NCBI GenBank assembly: GCA_963666515.2
Contig: OY762897.2
Coordinates: forward strand, 2,368,001-2,432,000
Reading direction: 5' to 3'
Origin: Candidatus Binatia bacterium
GTDB taxonomy: Bacteria; Desulfobacterota; Binatia; UBA9968; JAJDTQ01
Length of the DNA stretch: 64,000 nt
Shown: positions 20,067-30,300 of the stretch, in pieces
Position numbering within the stretch: the first letter of the stretch is position 1
How the letters are laid out: every line of letters starts with the position of its first letter
Notes under the pieces: generated by a model
Databases searched by the model: none
Seen by the model: the letters and a program-made list of their open reading frames with translations, nothing else
What the model was told of the DNA's origin: nothing
Made by a program: the position numbers and the translations under genes

Positions 20067-20955
20067 TCGCGACGCAGCTCTCCGGTTGTTCGAGCTGCAG
20101 GAAGTGCGTCGTTTCCGGCACGAAATCGTAGTCCACGGTCAGCATGTGGCTCAGGTCCAGCGTCGGCAAGTAGGAAAACGGCAGGGTGGGGTCGGCGCCG
20201 ATGACCTTCGTGGGACAACGGAGCTTGTCGAAGTCCACCATGACGGCGAAGAGCGCGGCGTATTCGATGACCTGTGCTTCGTAGTCACGCGGACACCGGA
20301 GATCATAGCCGTGACCGTCGGCGGACTCCCGCAGCGTCGTCCGTGCGACGAGGTCGCGCACGCCGGGAACGGCCCGCTGATACGTCGGCATGTAGAGCAG
20401 CAGGTCGGCGAACTCTTCCAGGCTCTCGAACCGCGGCGTTCGCCGCCGGGCCATGGCCGCCACCCGCTCGGCCGCGGCATCGAATTCCCGGTCGTTCAGC
20501 CCGCGCTTGCACACGGGCGGATCGAACAGGACCCGGGCCGCAAACTCGCGGCCCAGATTCGACGACACGAGGGTGGTCAGCGCCGAGACGGAATGGAAGA
20601 CGCCGATCTTGGGTTTGTCTCCGTAGTGGTCGTCGATGGCCTCGAGAACCACGTCGTGGTCGCGGACGAACCTTGCGACGTTGTGGCCTTCCGACCGGCC
20701 GACCGGGTTCCACCCGTGGTTTCTCAGGTCGTAGACGACCAGGTCGAAATCATCGACCAGCAGCGACCAGAAAGGGTAGTAGAGATCGATGGCGAGACCG
20801 TTGCCGTGGCACATGACGAGCCGCGGGCCCGCCGGGTTGCCGTGACGCCGCAGGACGATGACCGTGTCATCGTCCACGCGGACGTCACAGGTGGAAAGCG
20901 GGTCGGGTACTTCCCACACGGTTTCCCGATCGGCCTTAACCGGAGTGGGAATCAA
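20023..20955 (-). CDS. Alpha/beta hydrolase of the sup-type PKS cluster
   Basis: CHGNG oxyanion motif, YDLRNHG, FHSVSA nucleophile elbow, C-terminal THFLQLE His. Confidence 0.85.
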   Translation of the reverse strand: MIPTPVKADRETVWEVPDPLSTCDVRVDDDTVIVLRRHGNPAGPRLVMCHGNGLAIDLYYPFWSLLVDDFDLVVYDLRNHGWNPVGRSEGHNVARFVRDHDVVLEAIDDHYGDKPKIGVFHSVSALTTLVSSNLGREFAARVLFDPPVCKRGLNDREFDAAAERVAAMARRRTPRFESLEEFADLLLYMPTYQRAVPGVRDLVARTTLRESADGHGYDLRCPRDYEAQVIEYAALFAVMVDFDKLRCPTKVIGADPTLPFSYLPTLDLSHMLTVDYDFVPETTHFLQLEQPESCVAIMREFLDRHGLLGS

Positions 20956-21160
20956 CGTACGCGATCAGGTCGCCGATGGTGTTGAACTTCGCGACTTCTT
21001 CGGGAGGAATCGTGACGTTGAACTCCTCGCCCACGACCTTGATGAAAGCCACCGCATCCATGGATGACACACCCGAATCGGCGACGCTGGCCGCGGGATT
21101 CGCGGGGCGACCCAACTGTTCCTGGAAAAGCTGCTTGATACGGTCTTCACTCGATGCCAT
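20936..21160 (-). CDS. Stand-alone acyl carrier protein
   Basis: 74-aa acidic protein with DSGVSSMDAV (Ppant Ser) and FNTIGDLIAYV. Confidence 0.88.
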   Translation of the reverse strand: MASSEDRIKQLFQEQLGRPANPAASVADSGVSSMDAVAFIKVVGEEFNVTIPPEEVAKFNTIGDLIAYVDSHSG

Positions 21161-21324
21161 CTGTCTTCCCCTTTCGGTAAGCGGCCTGCGTAGCACGCAG
21201 GCCGATTTGACGGAACTCGCGTTCCGCGCGCCGCAAGATCAGCCCAATATAATGCCTTGCGCGGTCATTTCAAACCGCCGCGCCGGGCTTCCTCGCTCCC
21301 GCGAACGCCCATCGACTGACTGCT

Positions 21325-24300
21325 TCACTTTGGCGCCCGTTCAGGCGCCTCGATCCAGTATTGGCGGCGCTCGAACGGATAGCCGGGCAGCGAGATCCGG
21401 CGACGGTTCTCTCCAGCGAAGAGGCCGGAAAAGGACACCTCCAGCCCTGCCTCGTAGGCGCCGGCTACCGCTTCGACAAAGCCGTTTTCCGAGGGTGCGT
21501 CGCGCCGGAGACTCGACAGCACCAACGGCGCCCCGCGGTTCCCGTCCGCATCCGCCCGGTCCGGCCGCGCCCCTGCCATCGCCGGACCCGGCACACCGAT
21601 CTCCACCACCACGTCCACGTCCATCGCCGCGAGCATACTGACGCTTTCGGCGAACGCCGCGGACTCCCGCGGTTGCCGGGTCCAGTATGCCTTGTCGAGC
21701 ACGTCACCCGACTCCATGACGCGCCCGGTCACGCCGCTCAACAGGACCAGGGACGGCGGCGCCAACGTGACGCCGGCGAGAACCGCTTCCAAGCCGTCCT
21801 GGCCCGATTCCGGGCCTCCGCTCGCGGACGGCGACGCCGACAGCGCGTCCCGGGCCGCGGCCAAACGCAACCCTTCTTCCAGGCCGAACACTCCGGCCGC
21901 CTGCGCCGCGGCAAGCTCTCCCAGGTCACGGCCCATGGCCACGCTCGGGCGAATCCCGATGCTCGACCACAGCGCCGTCAACGCGCATTCGAGCGCGTAG
22001 ACCGCCGGCTGCATCCACGCCGTGTCATCCGTCGCCCCTTTCCCATCCGCCGCGCCGAACATGACATCCAGCAACGACCCGTCCCGCTCCCGCCGGACAG
22101 CGGCGTCGCACTGATCCAGGACCGCCCGGACCACCGGCTCGCTTTCGTACAGCGCCCGGCCCATGCCGGCCCACTCGCCGTCCCGGCCGCCGTACACGAA
22201 AGCCACCTTCGTCGCCGTCACCGGCTTCGCCTCGCCGCTCCCGTCCGCCAGACTCCTCAGCCCCTCCCGAAGCGATGCGGCGTCGCGGAACACGAGCGCC
22301 TTGCGGCACTCGAAATGGCTCCGCCCCACACCCGCGGTCCACGCCATGTCCGAAAGCAGGGGTTCCGACGCGGTATCTTCTGAAGAAAGCTCGCCGCCGC
22401 GCTCGTCCAGCCACGAAAGGTACCGCCGCGCCGAGTCCCGGAGCGCGCCATCGGTCTTTCCCGACAGCGGCAACAACCGCGAGGTGCGCCCTTCATCCGG
22501 CGCCCCGGACCCCTCGCCCGGACCCCGAAATCCCTCCACCACGACGTGTGCGTTGGTCCCGGAGATCCCGAACGCGCTGACCGCCGCCAACCGCGGCCGA
22601 TCGCGGCCGGCAGGCCACTCCACCGCCTCCGACGTCACGCGCACCGGGAGCCGCTGCCAGTCCACGTTCGGATTCGGGTCGTCGAAGTGAAGGTGCCTCG
22701 GGATCACGCCTCGCTTCATCGCCAGCACCGTCTTGATCAGGCCCGCGACCCCGGCGGCAGGCTCCAGGTGGCCGATGTTCGTCTTTACCGAGCCGATCAG
22801 GAGCGGTCGGTCCGCTTTGCGGCCCCTGCCGTAGACCGCGGCCGCCGCCTGGACCTCGATGGTGTCGCCCAGCTCCGACCCCGCCCCATGGGCTTCCAGA
22901 TAGTCCACGTCGCAGGGCGCCACGCCCGCCCGCGACAGCGCCTCTTCGATCACCCGCTCCTGTGCCGGACCGTTGGGCACCGTCGGCCCCGCGCTCGCAC
23001 CGTTCTGGTTCACCGCCGAACCGCGGATGACGCCCCAGATGCGATCGCCGTCCGCCGCCGCGTCGCCGAGCCGCTTGAGCACCACGATTCCGCAGCCCTC
23101 GCCCCGCACGAAGCCGTCCGCGGCGGCGTCGAAGGCCCTGCACTGACCGCCCCGCGACAACATCCCGAGGTCGGCCATCTCTTGGGTTATTCCCGGCGAC
23201 AGGACCGCGGCCACGCCGCCCACCAGAGCCATGTCCACTTCGCCCTGGTGCAAACCGGCGACGGCGTGATGCACCGCCACCAGCGACGACGCACAGTTTA
23301 GCTCCACCGGCATCGTCGGCCCTTCCAATCCCAGTTGAAAGGCTACCCGCCCGACCGCCATGCTCGCGGCCGTGCCCAGGTAGCTCACGCCGTGAGCGCC
23401 GGCCGTCATCAGGTCCCGGTACTCGCTGGTGCCGATTCCGGCGTAGACCCCGGTGCGGCTGCCTCTCAACCGGTCCGGGTTCATCCCGGCGTCCTCAAGG
23501 GCCTGCCAGGCCGTCTCCAGCATCATGCGTTGCCGGGGATCCATCAGGCGCGCCGCGATCGGCGTAATACGAAAGAAATCCGCGTCGAACCTGTCGATCC
23601 CTTCCACGAAGCCGCCCCGGGCGTAAGCCTCATACTCGGGAGGGAGGCCCTTGACGAGATCGTCCGAGGAGCCGGCATCCCGGCGCCGGTCCGTCACGGC
23701 GTTCTCGCCCGCTTCGAGCTGGCGCCAGAAGGCTGCAAGGTCCGGGGCGCCGGGCAGACGGCAGGCCATGCCGACGATGGCGATGCCGCCGTCCTCGCGG
23801 CGCGCTGCCGGCCGCGCCTCTGCCGGTATCTCCGGCTGTGCCTCTGCCCGTGTGTCCGGCTGTGCCTGCGGGACGGGCGCGCTGCCGACCTCGCCGAGCT
23901 CCCCCACCAGATGCCGGGCCAGAGTGGCGATGTCCGGGTAGTCGAACACCGCGGTGTTGGACACCGTGTACACGTCCGCCAACGCCCGGTTCAGCCGGTT
24001 CCGCAGCTCCACCGCCATCAGCGAATCCATCCCCAGGTCGAAGAACCCCACCGTGGGCGCCGGTGTTGCCGGCAGCCTCAGCACCGCCCGGACCTCCTGC
24101 TGCAGGAAAGACACGAGCAGCTCCTCGCGCGACCCCGCGGGTGTCCCCCGCAGTTGGGATAGCAGGTCGCCCGAAGGGGCCTCGGTACCGGCATCGTCCT
24201 CGACGGCCGTGGACAGCAGGTCCTCCAGAAAAAGCGGACGGTCGTCGGCCGCCTCTTCGAACATCGCCCAGTCCATCGCCATCACCACCGAGGTGGTTGC

Positions 24301-27300
24301 ATCCTGCCGCACCAACTGGTCCAACGCCCGGAGACCCTGCTGCGGGGTGAACCAGCGCCCGCCCAGGGCCGTCCGTTGCCGGTCGATGCGTTCCCGCTGT
24401 TCCGCGGCCTCGCCGATCTCGGACCACGCCCCCCAGGCAATGCTCTGTCCCGGCAGCCCCAGCGCCCGGCGATGGCCGGCGAGCTGGTCCAGAAAGGCAT
24501 TGGCCGAAGCGTGGTTGGCCTGGCCCGGATTGCCCATGACGCCGACCCGGCTCGAGAAGAGGATGAAGAACTCCAGCTCGCGGTCCGCGGTCGCGCGGTG
24601 CAGGTGCCAGCCGCCCAACACTTTCGGCCACAGCACCGTCTCGAACCGATCCCAGCTCTGGTTGGTGAGGGCGCCGTCCGACAACACGCCGACGCTGTGG
24701 ATCACGCCGCCGAGGGGCGGCAGTTCTCCATCGATCCGCGCCAGCATCCCGTCCACCGCGGCCGCGTCGGTAACGTCCGCCAGCTCCACCTGAACCGTCA
24801 CCCCGCGTTCCCTCAGAGCGCCGATGGCCTCTTCGGCCGCGTCGTCGGGAGCGCGGCGCCCGTTGAGGACGATGGTCCCCGCTCCGCGGTCCGCCAGCCA
24901 ACCGGCCACGGCGCACCCGATGCCGCCCAGACCGCCGGTCACCAGGTAGGTCCGGTCCTGCCGCAACCGGCCCCTCGCCAGCGGCGACGCGGTGACGACG
25001 ATCTTGCCGAGGTGGCGCGCCGAGCGCATGAAGCTCAACGCCGCCCCTACTTCCGCCAGCGGCCACCGGCTGTGGATGACGGGTTCCAGCTCCCCCGCCA
25101 CCAGGCGCTCCATCACCCCCCGCAGCACCCTTCCCACCCACGCCGGGTCGGTCTTCTTGAGAACGTCCAGCTCCAGGATCAGGTAGGCCACGTCGGGACG
25201 CGCCGCCGCCATCTCGCCCGCGCTCAGGATGTCGCGTCTGGCCAGCTCCACGAACCGGCCGCCGTGCGCCAGACATGACAGGCTGGCGTCGATGAAGCCC
25301 TCTCCCGTCAGGCTGTTCAGCACCACGTCCACGCCCGCGCCGTCCGTGTCCTCGATGATCTCTTTCCCGAACGCCGTCCGGCGGCTGTCGTAGATGTGCT
25401 CCACTCCCAGCGACCGGAGATACGCCTGCTTCGGCGCGCTGGCGGTGGCGAAGACCTCGGCTCCGGCCGCCTGCGCCAACTGGATCGCCGCCAACCCCAC
25501 GCCCCCGGCGCCGGCGTGAATGAGCACGCGGTCGCCGGCTTCCAGCCCGGTGAACTCGTACGACAGCGCCGCGGACACGAACGCGCTCGGCACCGTGGCG
25601 AGCCCGGTCACCGGAATCCCCGGCGGCGCCGGCGCCACCAGCTCCTCGTGGGTGATCATTTCCGCGGCGAACGCGCCGAACCCCAGTCCGACCACGGGGT
25701 CGCCGGCCGACACGGTCGAGACCTCCGAACCCACGTCGACCACCTGCCCGCACATCTCCCTGCCCAGGTTCCCCTCCTCGATGAAGCCCAGCGAACGGAA
25801 CACGTCCCAGAAGTTGAGCCCGGCGGCATCCACCGCGACGCGGACTTCCCTGGGCTCCAGGGGACGCGCCGGCAGCGGCATGACGTACGGTTTCTCGAAC
25901 ACGCCGGCCGGATCGGGGGCCAGCGCCCAGTCCGGCTCCTCCGGCAGGGTCAACCGCTCTACCCCCTCCCCGGCTCGCACCAGGCGCGCCACGCGCCGGC
26001 GTCCGGAGCGGTAGGCGATGTGATTTTCCGGGTCAGGGTACAGCAGCTCATCGACGAGGTCCGGCGCGGCCGCCGTCGTCCCCGGGTCCAGATCGATCAT
26101 CCTGGGCTGCAAGTGCGCCGCTTCCCGCGCCACCGCCTTGCCGAAACCCCAGAGGGTGGCGCCGGCAAGCTCGCCGCCGCGCTCCCGTTCCAGGACCTGC
26201 GCGCCGCGCGTCACGAACCACATGCCCTTGGCCGGCGTCAGGTCGGAATCGGCAACCGCCTGCGTCAGCGCCAGCGCGCTGGCCCCGGCGCGTCTCACGT
26301 CTTCGGCGATCTCCGCGGTCGCAGCCTCGGCCCCGTGACCGTCCAGCCCGGCCAGGTGCACCACCCCGTTGAACGGTATGTCTTGAGGCAAGCCCTCCAC
26401 CAGCGATCGCCACGCCTCGCGATCCTCTGCACCCACGGCCGTCCTGAAGACACCCGGCCCGCGGATCTCCGGGCTTTCCGGCGCTCCGCCGTCCGCCAGC
26501 ACGACCGTCTGGTTCCGCGCCGCCAGCTCGGTTGCCAGGCCGGCCGCCACCTCCCCGTGGTCCGCTGCCAGAACCCACGCGCCAGCCGGTTCGGTCACCT
26601 GCGCCGGACCCTGCGCCACGATGACGCCCTTGTCCGGCATCCGGTCCGTCTCGGACTCGTCCGGCCCCAGGACTTCCGCTCCCGTGAAGCCGGCGTCGCC
26701 GAGCGCCCGGCGCCACACCGCGGGGTTCGCCAGGGCGTGATGCGGGCGGTAGTCGTCGGCGAACCGCCACCACCCATCCAACTGTCCGAAGGTGAGGTCC
26801 ATCCAGCCCAGGCCGCTCAGGTTCTCCAGCGCGATCAGGTGTCCCGACGGCGCCAGCAGGTCCCGGCAGTGGCCCAGCGTCTCCTGCAGGTACCGGGTCG
26901 CGTGCAGCACGTTGGACGCGAGCAGCAGGTCGTAGCCGTGGGACTCGAAACCCTGGGCGACGGGGTCCTTCTCGATGTCCAGCGGACGGTACTCGATGCC
27001 GTCATTGCCGAAGCGCGCTTCCGCTTCCGCGAAGAAGCCCGCGGAGATATCCGTGTAGGTGTAGTCGAACCGCCCTTCCGGCAGTTCCGGCAGCACGGAC
27101 GCGGTGGCCGATCCCGTGCCCGCTCCCACCTCCAGCACCCGCAGGCGCCGCCCCTCGGGCAACCGGGCCACCAATGCCTGGACCGCGTCCGCCAGCATCC
27201 GGTTCGCTGCGCGCGCCACCGGCGCCTTGAGATACAGGTCGGCCGCGGTGGGCTCTCCGCTGCTGAACAGGAGGGTCAGCGGATCGGCGCCGCCGCGGAG

Positions 27301-30300
27301 CACGTCGGCCAGGGCGTCCGCCGACCGCTTGAACAGCCCGATCTCGACCAAGCCGTCCGGATACAGCTCGGCCATCCGCGGGGCGAACCCCTCGGGGTCC
27401 CCGGTCATTTCCTCCGGCCACGGATCTCCCGATCCCGCCACGACCGTGAAGCCGTCGCCGGTCTCCTCCAGGACGCCCGACTTGGCGCACATTTCGAGCA
27501 TCCGGCGGAAGAGGCGCCTGTGTTCCTCGTTGACGTTCAGCCGCTGCCGCAGGTCTTCGGCATCCACCACCTCGCCGGCCCGGCGCTCCCACCCCAGCTT
27601 GTCCAGGTTCGCGAGCGCATAGGACCGGGACCACCGCTCCAGGTCCGCCAGCAGGGCGCACCTGTCCTCCGGATCGACGTCCGCGCCGGTCAGGTAGCCG
27701 GAGAACGACTGCGACGCCGCGGCAACGGTCGCCGGACTCGGGAAGAAGTCCGCGGGCAACAGTCCCGGCGCCAGGGCGGAGTCGCGCCACACGACCTCGT
27801 ACAGCAGGTCGTTCACGCCTTCGATTGCCGACAGCAGCGCCTCGCGCGTGGCCCGCTTCACCGTGTACCCGCTCAACACCCCGAGGAGCGCCCCGTCGGG
27901 GTCGTAGATGGTCAGTTCTCCGCTCAGGACCTCCGGCGGCTCGCCGGCTTCCGCCTCCGGCTCCGGGGACGGCATGTTCATGCGCACGTGGCAGACCACC
28001 CGCTCCGGCAGCCGCCCCGCAAGCCACAACCGCTCCCATCCGAACGGCAGGTACGTGGTCGCGCCCTGGGTTCCGGTCAGGCCGCGCGCGGCCCCCACGA
28101 CCTGGAAGCAACCGTCCAGCACCAGCGGGTGGACGTCCAGCCCGTTGCGGCCGAGAGCTTCCGGAAAAGAGACCTCGCCCAACGCCTCGCCCGGCCGCGC
28201 CCAGACGCTCCCGAGGGTGCGGAAGGACGGGCCGAGATCGATCCCCGTATCGGCCCTGGCCCGGTAGTAGTCCGCCGTCTCCACCGGCGACATGCCGGCC
28301 TTCAGACCTTCAATATCCACACGCGTCACGGGCTGCGGCGCGGGAACGCCCGACGGCACGCGTCCCTCCATGTGGAGCGTCCACTCCCCTTCAGCCCCCT
28401 TGCTGAAGATCTGCACGCCGCGCGGCGCCGCCTGCCCGGGAGCGTCGAGCACGAGCTGCATGGTCCGGCCGTCTTCGCCCGCGCCGTCCCCGGAGTCCTG
28501 CTCAGGAAAAACCAGCGCATTGTGGAGCTGCACGTCCTCCACCACCGCCGAACCGCTGCCCTCGGCAAGGGCCGCGGTTGCGGCCATGGCGCCGTAGAGC
28601 GCGCCCGGGGCCAGCACCCGCCCGAATACCCGGTGGTCGCTCAGCCACGCCGGATCCGAAGGGAAGACTTCCGTCTCGAAGGAGACCTCGCCGCGAGCGG
28701 ACTCGTGCCGGACGCCCAGCAGGGGGTGGCCGGCGTTCCCGCGCCGTTGCTTCGGTGCTTCGAGCCAGTGGCGTTCGCGCTGGAACGGATACCCCGGCAA
28801 CGAGATACGCCGCCGCGCCTCTCCCGCGAAAAGCCCCTCGAAACGAACCGGCAGCCCCGCCCGGTAGGCCCCGGCCACAGCCTCGACGAAGCCGTCGCCC
28901 GAGGGGGCCGTCGCGTCGCCGGACGGCCGGCACAGGCTCGACAGCACCCTCGGCACCGGCGTCGGCGACGACTCGGGCCAAGCCGACACCGCCATCGGCG
29001 CCAGCACCGAATGCGGACCGATCTCCACCACCAGGTCCACGCCGAGTTCCGCCAACGTCCCGACCCCGGCCGCGAACGCCACCGGCTCCCGCGCATGACG
29101 CCGCCAGTAGGCGCCGTCCAGCCCCTCGCCGGCCTCCACCACCCGGCCGGTCAGGTTGCTGACCACCGCCAGCGAGGGGGCCTCGACGGCCAGACTGTTC
29201 ACGAACGCTTCCAGCTCGTCCAACGCCGGCTCCACCAGCGCGCTGTGGAACGCCTTGGCCGTGTTGAGGCGCCTGACCCGGATTCCCTCCGACTCGAAAC
29301 GCTTCGAGAGGTCTTCGATGCCCGCCACCGGTCCGCTGACCACCTGGTGGGTTCCGTTGTCCGCGGAGATGTTGACGCCGATTCCGGCCGATGCCTCGTT
29401 GGCAGCCTCGACCACGGCCGCCACGCGCGCCGGCGGGGCAAAGACCGCGGCCATGGCGCCCGGCTCGATGCCCGACAGCAGGGTGCCCCGTGTCGCGGCG
29501 AGCCTCATCCCGTCCTCCAGGCTGAACACGCCCGCGGCCTGGGCCGCAGCCAGCTCGCCGACGCTGTGCCCCAGGACCGCCGCGGGCCGGATGCCCACAC
29601 TCGCCCAGAGCGCGGTCAGCGCGCACTCCAGGGCATAGAGCGCCGGCTGTTCCCACGCCGTATCGCCCAGGTCCCCTTCGCCTCCCGGCCGGCCGAACAT
29701 CACGTCCAGCAGGGAGGCCCCCCGCTCCTCCCGGAACACCGATTCGCAACGGTCGAGCACCGCCCGCGCCACCGGCTCGGTGTCGTAGAGCGTCCGGCCC
29801 ATGCCGGCCCACTGGCTTCCCTGTCCGGTGTAGGCGAACGCCACCGTCTTCGCCGCGGCCGGCGCGGCGTCCTCGCTAGATTCGGCCAGCGCCTTGAGGC
29901 CCTCGCGCAACGAGCCGGCATCCTGGAAGACTACCCCGGCGCGGTGGTCGAAGTGGCTGCGCCCCACACCTGCGGTCCATGCCATGTCGGACAGCGCCGG
30001 CCCGGAAGCAGCGCCTTCGACGGAGAGGTTCCCGGGGGGTTCGTCGAGCCACGACAGGTGACGCGCCGCAAGTTCCCGGAGCGCGCCCGGCGACTTGCCC
30101 GAGAGCGGCAGGAAACGGGCCGGCCGGGGACCGAGGCCCTGCTCCGGCCGCGGCAGGTCCTCCGCGGCAGCCGGCAGCGAAACCGGCACCACCCTGGCCG
30201 GACCCGCGGCCGCGCGTTCCTCCCCGGACGTCCCGTCCGGGGCGCGGTGCTCCTCCACCACGATGTGGGCGTTGGTCCCGGATATCCCGAAGGAGTTCAC

